A stretch of DNA of 59,536 nucleotides, the filler included, from Dugesia japonica (taxonomy: Eukaryota): NCBI GenBank assembly GCA_001938525.1. It is 5 parts of 5 records of this genome, joined end to end, with 100 filler letters (N's around TTAATTAATTAA, not from the genome) between each part and the next. Parts side by side here need not be neighbours in the genome. Positions count along the whole stretch, not along the records: positions 19,751 to 35,856 come from MQRL01531396.1; positions 35,957 to 46,565 come from MQRL01630092.1; 3 more parts are not named here. One strand, 5' to 3'. This document shows positions 26,885 to 38,840 of the stretch, in pieces. Under the pieces are notes generated by a model that was given only the letters and a program-made list of their open reading frames with translations, was not told where the DNA came from and did no database searches. How positions within the stretch are numbered: the first letter of the stretch is position 1; every line of letters starts with the position of its first letter. Both the position numbers and the translations under genes were made by a program.

Positions 26885-29800
26885 TATTTATTTTACAGTG
26901 GCCATAGGCCATACTTGTATTTTTCTCATTTCAAAAACGTTTATCATCTAAACATGATAATGCGCGTTTCCTACTTACAATCGAATATATCTGATGAATA
27001 ATCGACCTGAAACTCGATTAATATATTAGTTGTATATATTAGTTAAATTTAAAATCTCACAAGTCTCCATAAATTGTTTATTGATTATTACAAGTTTTTC
27101 TTAAAAAATAAAAATATGAAATAACAATTCACAAATGTGAAACAAATAATCTGAGAAATCTTAATCTTAAATCTTATTTTTCAAAAATATTGGTTTTTTA
27201 AATTCCAAAATAATTATTTTTAAACATCATTTTAGAAAATAATTTTTTAAAATTTTATAATTTAACACCATGTAAAATTTTAACTTTAATTTAAAATAGC
27301 TTTGTTTTACATATATATTTATTTATTTTTCAACCTTATAATTTTTAAAATTTTATATTTTAAAAATTTCAAAAAAAACCAATCTTAATATTAAATATAA
27401 AAATTAAAAAATCTCAGACATCTGAAATTCATGAATCGATACTCACATTCTCTTCTTTAAACCTTTTCCACATTTCTTTCAATCATATTGCTTTCTGAAC
27501 TTTTCAACAGGTATCGTCTACCATGAATCTATTTTATCATCTCCTAAGGATTTGTGTATCTTTCTTTGTCTTTTGATCGGTTTTCTGCCTTGATTAGCAC
27601 CTCGCCTCTACCTTGAAAATGTCTCTTTGTTGATGTCAATTCTTCCGATTCTTTCTTCTTTTCTCCATTATTGAACCGTCGTTCTCTATGTATTTTTCTA
27701 CCGAATACCAATTTTGCTGGCTTTATGCCAAAAGTCTTCTGGCTTGTTGCATTTAGAGTATATTCAATTTCTGATATTAACTCTGCCCAATTTTTATTCT
27801 TTTTATCTTTTAATGTTGTATTGATGTAATCTCTGATCGTTCTGAATTGGCGTTCTACTATTCCGTTTGTATTATGATGATATGGACTTGAGAAGCAAAT
27901 CGTTATATTCATTGAATCTGTCATTTCTTTGAAGGCTTTCGATTCGAAGATCTTTCCACAATCTACATGTATCTCCTTTGGAGCACCAAATCTAAAGCCG
28001 GAGATTCATTCTTTTTTTCAAATTTTCTACAGTCTTTCCATATAGAGCATTGTTTAAAACCTTGTAAAAATCATTTTCAAATTTTGTCCTTGACGCGGCT
28101 CTTCTTAATGAGTTTGAATTGATGTAATATCCAAATATTTCAGTTTGCTTAAACTCTACTATTCTATTCTGTAGTTACACGAGCCCCCAACAGTTTCTTC
28201 ACTTTCGATCCGTTAAGTATCCGATATCTGAATTGACATCATTGCATAGCATTTCTTGATATTTTTCTTCCACTTGATCTTCTTCTATAAATTTGAAATC
28301 CTTATATAGTAAAGGCTGTGTTAATTCCCAACCATATAAATTATTTATATCAATATAAACCAGTGAGGTATTCTCATCTGCCTGAACATGATGACAATTC
28401 CCAAACTTCATCCCGCCTCGAATACCCAATTCAAATAATCTATGCAATTCCATCAGCCGATCCATTATTTTGAGAGCACTTGACCAACTCAGTCCCGGGA
28501 ATGAAACAAATCGAAGCGGTTCCAATACAAGCTCTTCAAGTGCTTTTTCACGATTTATTTGATATACATCAGCGAGTAAATACATATACAATTTCATATA
28601 ATAAAGCATATATTTCAATAGATTCTTACAGCCAGATTCTGTCCATACCAATTTTGTCATTCCATATTCTTGTTCAGTTATTTCCGGCCATTGTCGCGGT
28701 AATGTTGTTTGATTAATTAACATTTCATATGATGTTGCAAATTTGTTCGGGGAAATACCTTTTCTTTGAGTTTTTTGAGGAAACTCTATTGATGCTATTG
28801 CCCAGCTATCTAAACTTGCAGATAAAGATGATAAAGATCCGCTCAGAAACTGGTATGAGTCAATGAATATAACTGTGACTCCTACAACACTTGCAAATAT
28901 GGCCAAATATTTCTCTGTATTTTGAGCAATTGGATTGATGTCCCAATGTTTAAATTAATAGAGTGCATATTTGACTATTTAATGCAAATCATAACTATTA
29001 AAGTTATGAAACACAACAGGTAACTCTCTTCTGATTTTACGCAATAAGTTACATTGACTGCATACCGCTCCAAGATATTTTCCTGAAAGTGATCATGATC
29101 ACAAACCAACTGGGCTTTCTTGCTTCCACGCATGTAATAATTTGTACTCTTTGTGAACGCTTCTTGTTTCAATGTTGTCAATTTCATATCTGTATGTGTA
29201 TTTGTATTGTACCATGGCCCAACTGAATCTTTTCACAACCGATCAATACACTGCAAAAATTCAACCATACAATTTTCACCAGAATATGAATAGTATTCAC
29301 ATTTTATTGTTTTATCCAATAATGGAATCAGCAAATGTCCATCAGCAATCGGTACATGTTTCACCATTCCACAATCCTCTGGTACTAAGATAGCTTCAAT
29401 ATCTGCATAAATCACAAAAGGTGGTGTAATGATTTTTCCATAATTTTTTAACCTTAATTCCTTTACCTCACGCATTGTATACAAGGTTGTCTTTTCTGTT
29501 ATTTGAGTGCACAAAGCTAAATGACGATCGAATGTAGCCTTTGTCTAGAATCAATGTAGACATTTAGAGCACCACTTTCTTCCAATCTGAATTTTATCTA
29601 TCTAAATTTACCACACCTGTGTAGTGAAATCCTCTATCATTTTCCAAAACAAGTAAAATTTACTATGCGTCCATTAGGGTTTTTGTACGAAAAATTATAT
29701 CCACATGTGGATTTTTATATAAAATGTCATCATCCACATCAATTGCTTCATTGTATTTAATAATGTGATTGATAGATTATTTTTTCTTTCGTTTATGGAA

Positions 29801-30461
29801 TGTCGATGAGCTTCATCGGCATCTTCTGCTCATCATACACTAATCCATTTAAATATGGTTCATATTTTTGTGGTCAATCTCAATTATCCTTGACTATATC
29901 ATATTTTATCACGGCAAGCACATTATATTTAAAACACAAGTTATCTTTATTATGCACATTGACTGTGGGTTTTGATCTATTCAGTGCCATAGGACTCTTA
30001 ATGAATGATCTGCTAGATAAATAGATTACTGGAGAAAATTTAACCAAAATAAATCTGAGCTCTAGTATTGTTTCAATTTTTCATTCACTACTAAGCTCAG
30101 AATATGTAACAATTTATTCATTTTCCTTTGCAGTTATTTTTTCCATGAAATATTCTTAGAATTCCATCGATTTGTAGAATCAAGACCATTGTTTGATTTC
30201 GTCATCTTCTTGATTGCTTTTCTTAAATTCGGCAATGAATCCAAATTGAATTTTACAATTTTCAAATTTATCAACTTATTCTTCCGCTTTTTTATTAATA
30301 TTTTCAGGAATTCGATTGTTCTTCATTTCTATAACATCAATCTTGAACTGGAGACTTACATAAGCTCCATTAAAATCTGATTTCCAAATGCATTCATTAT
30401 GAAAAGTTGTCATTCTTCTCCTCTTATTACTTTGATTTTCAAAAGAAAGTTTTCTTTTCAT
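26885..30461 (-). pseudogene. Protein-primed PolB of Polinton A, broken and interrupted by a Gypsy fragment
   Basis: INVHNKDNLCFKY, PFVIYADIEA (Exo I), CDHDHF (Endo VII), GIRGG, YIDINNLYG (motif A), KVLNNALYGKTVEN (motif B, ~28000-28070) and C-terminal ALSCLDDKR...AYGH at ~26885-27017. The motif C region is deleted. Confidence 0.9.
27420..27995 (-). pseudogene. Ty3/Gypsy integrase fragment replacing part of Polinton A pPolB
   Basis: FGAPKEIHVDCG..F.S...SPYHHNTNGIVERQFRTI (rve core). Confidence 0.9.
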
Positions 30462-30814
30462 ATTTCTTACAAATTTTTGACCATCGTCATATTAATTATA
30501 ATAAGATGACGATGAATCATAGTTTTAATTATTTCCATCATTAATTATTAGTTGTTGTCCATCATCATGGGATGATGATTCAAGCAACCGTTCTATGCTA
30601 AAATTTTTGTTACTCTCGCTATTATTATTATTAGGTTGTTATTCATCACCACATGATGATGATCCAATCAACCTTTCTATACTAAAATTACTTTTTGTAT
30701 TACGCAGATTAGTATGTTTAATAGTTGAACTATTAAACCTTACAAAATTTGGCCTATTATTATTATTTTTTACAGATTTAATATAATCGTTATGACAGAC
30801 TTGTAGATTTGTAT

Positions 30815-31315
30815 TCTGCGCAATCGATTAAACAAGGTTTTTACAAAACAAGGCAGCAAAAAGTAAATACATGTTTTACCTAAAATGATTTACTCATATA
30901 ATTATTCTGAACACCGAAGTATTGAAGGAAAGAAAACAGTTGATGTTATAGATGATGATATCATTTTTAGGCAGTATATCATCAATAATAAGCCAAAACC
31001 AAAATATAAAATTGGTCAACATGTACGAATTTCCCGAATTAGTTCAACGCCACTCATCAAAAACTTTGATAATAATTGGAGTGATGAAGTCTTTCAAATC
31101 TCAGAAATCAACACTAGACAAACACTGTCATTTATGTAATACGTGAAGAAGATGAGGCAAATTTTATGAGCAAGAATTATAAATGTTCCGGAAAAACCAA
31201 GTATATATCGAATTAAATAAATTCTCAAAACCAATGGTCAAGAACAATATAAACAATATCTAGTTGAATGGTAAGGCTATTCAAAGTCTACGTGGATTCA
31301 AGCATCTCAAGCATC
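30815..31315 (+). pseudogene. Polinton c-integrase C-terminal part plus chromodomain
   Basis: YNYSEHRSI, PKYKIGQHVRISR...NWSDEVFQI, FYEQEL, and QYLVEW*GY...WI chromo remnant. Confidence 0.85.
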
Positions 31316-31320
31316 CAATA

Positions 31321-32668
31321 ATGAGTTTTATATGGTTTTGCCAAGCAATAATTGTCCAAGAACTCGACCTGATAATAATGCGAGCAAGTATTTGGTCGAC
31401 TATGAGAATGCCATCAATTTAAAAGATGACCATTGGGAATTTGCCATGACAGAATTAGTTTTCAATTATTGTCCACAGATTATACGGAAAGGTTCAAAAA
31501 TTGAATTTAAAATAAGAGAGGTGATGGAAATTGAAGATAAATTTCAATTAAGTATTGTAAATGGTAGTATTTAACTTAACAATACCGCCCCTACTAATAA
31601 ATATAATTAGTTTATATTTTCCGAAGAAAAGAAAGTAATATTAAAAACAGATTGTCAAGTAGAAATGGAGTTTAAATCGTTATCAGATGCTAAAAATTTT
31701 GGATTCAATTTAACCAATACCAAAATGAGAAGCCATTAGTTTTAGTTATTGAACATGATGAGCACTTGATTCTGAAAAATATTCCATGAATAACTTTAAA
31801 ATTACATTTTAATACTATTGAGGAAGGAAAGGCTAGAATAAGGGAAATTGAGAAATTGTAAATGTTGAGATTAAATAAGGAAAAACTGCTGTTTATGGAG
31901 TTAAAAATAAAACTATTTGCAAAATCACTATTAATCGTTGAAGGAAAATAATTATCAAACCTGATTGCAATATGGAATTGGAGTTTAATTCATTGTTTGA
32001 TGCTCGGTTACTAAGGTTGAATTCGTAAAAGACAAAAAACAAACCGATGGATTCATTTATCGAATCNNNNNNNNNNNNNNNNNNNNNNNNNNNNNNAACT
32101 GATGTTAAATTAAAATTTACTGAAATCAAAACAGAAATAAATTATTTTGAATTTAAAAGTGATTTAATGGTTACGGATCTAAATAATCTGGTTACATCAT
32201 TTATAAAATTATGTCATAAATATTTAAAGAATTTGTTATAGATTCAAAATTTGACTGGTCATGTTTAAATTACTTGATAATGTTTAATATGTATCATTTG
32301 ATGAGAGTCTTTCGCTAATACTCGGTCTTCCTTCTGCAAAATTCTACAAGTCTAAAGAACAAGTAAAGGGTTTGCATAAACCGTTATTACATGGTTGTAT
32401 CAGACAGCTATATATTTACTCATCAATAGTCGATACAATTCTGGTTGGTGATGTACGCGTGCCACTATTAAGGAGTATACGGGTTGATAGTAATAAGAAT
32501 TCATATAGTGATGTTGTATATTTAAAGCTTGAAAATCCAATTTATTTAACTGTATCATCATCATCAATCAATAAAATTGAAGTAAACATACGTGATAATG
32601 CGGGAAGATTGATTGATTTTCCATATGGATCAAAAAAATGTTTAAATTTACATTTTCGACAAGTATGA
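31321..32668 (+). pseudogene. Polinton minor capsid (penton/PX)
   Basis: MSF(Y)MVLPSN..PDN....Y.V.....I.L...WE.AMTE start; LYIYSSIV....VGDVRVPLLR...IEVNIRD..GRLIDF.....LHFR end. Confidence 0.85.
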
Positions 32669-32742
32669 ACAATTTGATTACAATTTGATTCATTATTGAA
32701 ATGGTTGATCTAGCTAATATTAAAATGTAAAGTCGTCCACAA

Positions 32743-33105
32743 ATGAGTGGAGACTTCTCATATTTTATCAGTAGTCAACAACAGCAAGGTAGTGCAAATT
32801 GGATGAATAGAATTGAACGTTTTGCAATTCCAATTTTGCAGAAATTTGGAATTCCAATTTCAAAGTCAGTGGAACGAGCCGCGCTAAAAACTGTTGATGA
32901 TGTTATAAGCAAGAAGAAGTCTTATAAAAGAATCAATCAAAAATCAAGCAATGAATATATGATTGTATGTGAAGGAAAATAAACTTAATGCAAAAAAGAA
33001 AGTTGTTGATGGACAGCATGGAAGTGGAATACGTAAACGAAAAAATAAAATAACATCGCCTATAAACAAAAGACAACGATTAGATAAAACCATCTTTGCA
33101 AATAA
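32743..33105 (+). pseudogene. Polinton PW / pVII-like basic core protein
   Basis: QQQGSA...RFAIPIL.K...AL...DDV; Q(H)GSG followed by basic RKRK...KRQR..IF. Confidence 0.65.
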
Positions 33106-33109
33106 ACAT

Positions 33110-34322
33110 GTATGCTGGAAAAAGTGAATGACCGCAATATTCCACAGGTTGTTGTTGAAAGCTCTACATTTGAATAAATATACCCCAAAGATTCTATAAC
33201 TGGGTATGCTGGACAACAAATTAAGTTCAATAATATTGGTTCAGATAATGATTACTTGGATTTGAATGATACATTGATCGTTATTAAAATGAAGACGGTA
33301 AAGCATAATGGGACGAATCTTGCATAAACTGATACTACCAGCATGATCTCGTCCAACTATTTGCTTCATATTCTATTCAAAGAAGCATCATTAACACTAA
33401 ATAATGTAAAAGTTAAAGATACAAACGATACGTATATGCAAAAGGCAGTAATTGAAGCCGCATTGAATTTTGGATCGGATACGAAAAACACGAAAAGATG
33501 ATGACAAGAGAAAAGGTTGGATTAAAACGTCTTCCAAACTAACACCTAGCGGTGCACTTAATTTGGATTTCTTTCACCAACCAAAATATACTTTGCCGGG
33601 CGTCAATGTGACAATCAAATTGACGAGAAATGTAAGTTTGGTAATTTACAAATATATTTAAGACGATAAACAAACAGTTGAGATGAATTTTCATCCGTGC
33701 ATTATAGAAGCAAAATTAGTAGTGCAATTTGTTTGTGTTGATCAGTCGGTTATTATTGGACATCGTCAACGATTGGAACATCAAAATGCAATTTATTCCT
33801 TCTAGAAAACAAAAATTGTACATTTTACAATACCGAAAGATTCGATATGGAGAATATAAAGATAATCTCTTTTCCGATGACCGATTGCCAAAATTTGTTT
33901 TTATTACTTTCCAATCATCGAAACAAGCAAGTGGTGATTACGGTTCATTTTGTTCGACATTCTCAAATTTCGGTGAAAAGTCAACATGCTTGTCAAGAAA
34001 CGTTGATTATCGAGAAACATATACTACTGACTTTGATACTGATTATACTGAGGCATATGTGCAATCGATTATTCGTAACATGGGTCTGTTAAATGTTGAT
34101 CAAAAAACGGTATTGCAATGAAGGAATTTAAAGATTCGTATACGATTTTCACCTTTGTATTGACTCCCGACTTTGTTGTTGATCAACCGCAACTACAAAA
34201 ACAGGAAATCTCAAGTTGGATGTGCGATTCCATAAATCCGTAACGGAATCTGTGACAATTTATGCATGTGGAGTTTTTGATTCGTTAATTCAAATCACCA
34301 AGAATGGAGTAGGGGTTGTATA
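33110..34322 (+). pseudogene. Polinton major capsid (PY, double jelly-roll/hexon-like)
   Basis: IKF...GS..DYLDL.DT; NYLLHILF....L.LN; Y.QKA.IE..LN; DFFHQPKY.LPGVNV.IKLTRN; RLPKFVFI. Many frameshifts. Confidence 0.85.
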
Positions 34323-34446
34323 AACAATACATACATTTATATGTGTATTGTATAGCGTGAAGTTTGGATTGCTTTTTAAATAGAATTTATTGATTAATAG
34401 TACTTTTCAGATTGAAACAATATTGAAACATAATTTGAACACCAAA

Positions 34447-34722
34447 TGATTCAAAGGAGTGTATTCACTGGAACGATTACCGTATTTCTTACAAAACGGA
34501 TCCTATGTCATTAACACACACACCTCGAATTCGGATAATGAGCACTAAATCGCAATGCATTTCAAATCAAATATTATTCGGGTATTTGATCCAATTGGAG
34601 CGTATGCAACAACGTGTAAAATACAATCAAATCATGTAATACAATCAAATCCATTGACATTTCTATGTGGTCAATATTGTATTGAATGGCTTAAAAGCCA
34701 GTATAAACAATTTTTAATGTGA
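34447..34722 (+). pseudogene. Polinton adenain-type cysteine protease remnant
   Basis: YVINTHTS....EH*IA......FDP.G...IQ......CGQYC. Confidence 0.75.
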
Positions 34723-34747
34723 TTATCAATAAATAGTTGAAATTTCT

Positions 34748-34945
34748 GTGTTTTTTATTGATTATGAAGCCTTTCAGGATAATAATGGTTATTACCTAAT
34801 TAAAGAATTATGTATAATGGATGTGGATAATATTCTTCAGCCGTTTTATTACATGTTTGCCATGACGGAATCAATGGGTAGTTTATCAAACGCGGCTCAA
34901 CAAACTAATGAATATTTACGGCTTTGGCGTCATCATCTCAGGTAG
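34748..34945 (+). pseudogene. Small Polinton accessory ORF, DEDD exonuclease-like remnant
   Basis: FIDYEAF.....IKEL...TN.YL...HH pattern recurrent in Polinton accessory ORFs. Confidence 0.55.
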
Positions 34946-35078
34946 ATTAATAGAGATTACAAATTTGATCCAATTCAAATTCTCAATGACCTACAAGCAA
35001 TTTCTACTTCGCACAAGATGGTTAATAGCTTTGTTTATAAATCCCATACATCAATTGGTTTGTGTTCTAACCTTTTTT

Positions 35079-35353
35079 TGTCAATTTTAATGTTATGCGT
35101 GTGATGCCGCATACATTGGAAAGATTGCCAGTAATCTGTGTACAAGGGTTCAAGGGCATAATCGTTTTGGTGGTGCTAGTAATATTGCTCAGCATAAAAA
35201 TAAAAGTAATTGCAATGCGAATGTTGACATTTCAAATATTAAAATTTTGTCTAAACAATTTAAGAATTACTGTGAAAGAGTGTTGTATGAGGCGTTAATG
35301 ATTAGATTTCATAATCAAAAAATTAATGTAATACAGCTCTTTCGACTAAATTA
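35079..35353 (+). pseudogene. Penelope-like retroelement GIY-YIG endonuclease fragment (not in the ORF track)
   Basis: Manual translation: QF*CYACDAAYIGKIASNLCTRVQGH...IAQH...IKIL...YEALMI....KINV. Confidence 0.8.
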
Positions 35354-35816
35354 ATACAAAAATTTTAAACATTTTTAGACTTAAATAATTTTTCAATTTT
35401 TGAAATCTAATTTTCATATTTTTTATAGGTTTTGTATTTTATTTTTTATAAAATAAATTTCAATTTTTATTATTTCATATATTCTAAAATTAAAACTTTT
35501 AAATATTTTTGAAAAAACATCTTTGATTCTATATATAATATAATAGAAATTTTAATAAAATATTATTAGATAAATTAATTTCTTTGAAAAAAATTGTTAA
35601 AAAATTTGAGAATTAAAAATTAAGAATTATAGCCGTCTTATATTCAGTATAATAGCATACAGACTGAATAAATTCCTTTTTTTAATTTTTTCTGATGATG
35701 ACGGTTGATCCGTCATGTACACAATATGATGGCGGTTGAAAAATATATATAAAATTTGCCTTTGTTTTTTGAATAATTTAATTAATTTATTATTATTAAT
35801 ATAATAATTTAATAAC

Positions 35817-35856
<40 letters not shown>

Positions 35857-36388
35857 NNNNNNNNNNNNNNNNNNNNNNNNNNNNNNNNNNNNNNNNNNNN
35901 TTAATTAATTAANNNNNNNNNNNNNNNNNNNNNNNNNNNNNNNNNNNNNNNNNNNNATTTTGTAGTAATAAGATTGCACAATTTTCTCTAAATTCTTCTA
36001 TTTTAAAAGATTTTAAATTACATCTATTTTTATCACCTTCTTTAAATGAATTATAAAGTTGCATTCTAAATGTATCTGGTTCATTTATTCNNNNNNNNNN
36101 NNNNNNNNNNNNNNNNNNNNNNNNNNNNNNNNNNNNNNNNNNNNNNNNNNNNNNNNNNNNNNNNNNNNNNNNNNNNNNNNNNNNNNNNNNNNNNNNNNNN
36201 NNNNNNNNNNNNNNNNNNNNNNNNNNNNNNNNNNNNNNNNNNNNNNNNNNNNNNNNNNNNNNNNNNNNNNNNNNNNNNNNNNNNNNNNNAAATTTAGGTG
36301 GATCAAATTCATTTAATTCAGGTAATTCTTTAAATGTATTTCTTTCTAAAAATTCTAAATTATCAGGATTTGCAATAACAACTAAATT

Positions 36389-36652
36389 TTATGGTTCGAT
36401 AATGCCAAATTTAGTCAGCGAAGTTTCTTCCCCTTCTTCCTTTAAACTTTCACAATCGGTTCTTTCGGAGGCCAGCGAAGTGCATTCATCTTGATCACTG
36501 TCAGATTGTCCGTAGGCCAGCGAAGTGCATTCATCTTCTGAACTAATTAAATTATCAAGTGTTATTATTAAATCTTTTAATTCTTTTTTTAACTTTTCTC
36601 CATTCTTAATTTTAGGTAAAACATTTTCAATTTTACATATAACATCTTCCAT
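36389..36652 (-). CDS. Small acidic hypothetical protein of element B with DECTSLA repeats
   Basis: ATG preceded by TATATAAGAA; a 23-bp direct repeat encodes DECTSLA twice. Confidence 0.5.
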   Translation of the reverse strand: MEDVICKIENVLPKIKNGEKLKKELKDLIITLDNLISSEDECTSLAYGQSDSDQDECTSLASERTDCESLKEEGEETSLTKFGIIEP

Positions 36653-36859
36653 TTCTTATATAAATAATTTAAATAACACGCAATGCGTGTCGAAACCCAG
36701 TTTCTGGTTTTTAGATTCCAAGTTTAGCACGCATTTCAGAAATAACTTTATTTTGATTTTCAAGTAACAATTTTAAATTATTAGTGTCAGTCGCTTTGCT
36801 TGCATGTTTATGTCCAGATATCAAATCATGAACATCAGAAACCATCTTTTTCGAGATCA

Positions 36860-38332
36860 TCAGTTCATCATCCGTAAGTATTTCATCATTAACTGCTTTC
36901 TGTTGAAATAAAAAAATAAAAAATAAAAAGGTGGATTTACAGAATAAGGTAAATAATTATCAATTAAATGTTTTATTTTTATAATGTTAAATGTTTCAGA
37001 TAAAATATTAAATTTATCAATAAAATATTTATGAAGATAAGGTTTTATCTTTTCAAATTCTTTAGTTAGATCTTCACATTTTTTACTGTTATCTAACATT
37101 TCTCTTATGGCTTTATTATTTAAAACTTTAAATAATAAATCAATATTGTTAATTTGTTTATTATTTAATTTTGGTTTCACTAATTCATATTCTTCTTTTA
37201 ATTGTTCAAATGTTTCCGCTGTTTCACTGATAACACTTAATTTTTCTAACCAGAATGCTTTTGGTAAAATTATTTCAATAAAATTTATTTTTGTTTCATC
37301 TATAATTGCTCTAAAATTTATATAATTTTCTTCCATATCAATTTTAAATCCATGAATGTTTTTTTTATTAACTTTAATGACAAAATAAAAGGTTTTAGAT
37401 ATATAAAAATAACCACTTATATCAACATAAATTCTTTCATTTATCTTTGTGGTTAAATAAATATAAAAATCATTTAAAATATAAAAATGTTGATTTTCCA
37501 TTAAACATTCTTTTCTTTTAAAATCTAAATAGGTAACATATTTATCCATAACAGTAAATTGTGGAAGATCCATAAAGGAAGGAAGATCGCTTTTATTACA
37601 AAAAATTGAAAATATTATTTTTTTAGTATCAAGAAAAACATATGGTAAATAATTATCAATTAAATCTTTTATTTTTTCGAATGAATTAGATTTAAATAAA
37701 ATGTTAAATCTATTAATAAAATTTATATGTAGTTTAGGTTTTATTTTATCATACTCTTTAAATAAAATTAAATGATTTAAATATAAATCAAAAGTTTNCT
37801 TATCCAAATTATCATTTAATTTTTCAATTTCTTTTTTAATTTTAGATGAATCAATAGACAAATCTAATTCTTTTAATTTATTAAGTAGATCACTTTTTTT
37901 ATATGGAAATAGTTCAAGTTTTAATCTTTTAATCTTACTTGTGATATTATCAAATGTTTCTTGGTTACAATTCTTTGTTAATTTTTGAATATCAACATTT
38001 AATTTTTTAACATCAACATTTAAAACTTTTAATTCGTTGATTTTAGATTCTAAATATAATTTGTTAGCTGTAAAACTATCAACTTTTAATAATCTATTGA
38101 AAATTATTTCGTGTCTTTCTAATTTTTCTTCAAGAGATTTTATATATTTTAAATTAACTGCATCTTGTAGATCCTTGGGATCATCTTTTATTTTTAAAGA
38201 TGTTATTGTGTCACCTGTTTCATTTACAAATTTATTTTCATTTTGAGCATCTGAGTTTTTGATTTTAGCATTTACATTTTTCAATATTTCTGTTGAATTA
38301 CCAGAATCAGCTGTAGCACCAAACTTATTCAT
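36860..38332 (-). CDS. Putative fibre/structural protein of element B
   Basis: MNKFG start; FVNETGDTI...DPKDLQDAVNLKYI (DAVN..Y fibre-like motif); coiled coil; three copies of a KE(Y/F)..(I/V)KP.L....I..(F/I).IL repeat. Overlaps the protease stop. Confidence 0.6.
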   Translation of the reverse strand: MNKFGATADSGNSTEILKNVNAKIKNSDAQNENKFVNETGDTITSLKIKDDPKDLQDAVNLKYIKSLEEKLERHEIIFNRLLKVDSFTANKLYLESKINELKVLNVDVKKLNVDIQKLTKNCNQETFDNITSKIKRLKLELFPYKKSDLLNKLKELDLSIDSSKIKKEIEKLNDNLDKXTFDLYLNHLILFKEYDKIKPKLHINFINRFNILFKSNSFEKIKDLIDNYLPYVFLDTKKIIFSIFCNKSDLPSFMDLPQFTVMDKYVTYLDFKRKECLMENQHFYILNDFYIYLTTKINERIYVDISGYFYISKTFYFVIKVNKKNIHGFKIDMEENYINFRAIIDETKINFIEIILPKAFWLEKLSVISETAETFEQLKEEYELVKPKLNNKQINNIDLLFKVLNNKAIREMLDNSKKCEDLTKEFEKIKPYLHKYFIDKFNILSETFNIIKIKHLIDNYLPYSVNPPFYFLFFYFNRKQLMMKYLRMMN

Positions 38333-38780
38333 CTATTTCTTTATATAAAGATTTTTCAACGAGAACATAAAGTGACTTCATTTCAGATATTATATCCTCG
38401 AACTTATCTTCTTGAATTTTATATAAAAAATAAATACATAAAATTCCACATATTTCAGTGTTAAAATGTTGCACTTGAATTTCATTATATTTCGTGACAT
38501 ACTTCGCGATTTCTATTAAAGGTTTTAAACCAAAAGAATCAAAATAATATCCTTTATGATAAAATGTCCAATGTGTTCCATTTTGATTTGAATTTTGATA
38601 ATTAAAAATATAATTCATCGAATTTATCAGTGTAAATTTCTTTCCGTTGGTCAGCGTAGCGCATTCATTTTTCATGTAAATCTCAAGCCGAAGATTAAAA
38701 AAGTCTGATATCGAATATAAATCAAAATTTGTTGTTGTAGAAATGCCAAATGTTTTTAAAAAATCTAATAAACAATACAT
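38325..38780 (-). CDS. Adenain-like (C5) virion maturation cysteine protease
   Basis: N.QNSNQNGTHW, YFDSFG, Q.Q......CG..C: intact His/Asp/Gln/Cys catalytic set. Confidence 0.93.
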   Translation of the reverse strand: MYCLLDFLKTFGISTTTNFDLYSISDFFNLRLEIYMKNECATLTNGKKFTLINSMNYIFNYQNSNQNGTHWTFYHKGYYFDSFGLKPLIEIAKYVTKYNEIQVQHFNTEICGILCIYFLYKIQEDKFEDIISEMKSLYVLVEKSLYKEIDE

Positions 38781-38840
38781 TTATTAAAAGTAAAAAATCG
38801 TCTTCATTTACAACAGTATGATTAAAAAAAATATCTTAAA

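Larger units (their letters stand above)
26005..35000. mobile_element. Degraded Polinton/Maverick element A (pPolB on minus strand; integrase, minor capsid, PW core, major capsid, protease, small exonuclease-like ORF on plus strand)
   Basis: Canonical Polinton gene set recognised from motif remnants listed separately; all are pseudogenised. Subterminal-like repeats at 26005-26350. Confidence 0.88.

Noticed and set aside
35858-35956. Treating Polintons A and B as one composite element, or TTAATTAATTAA as a biological site
   Set aside because: The 12-mer is an artificial six-frame-stop spacer in fixed N runs, so the adjacency is an assembly join. The two elements also duplicate pPolB, penton and protease.
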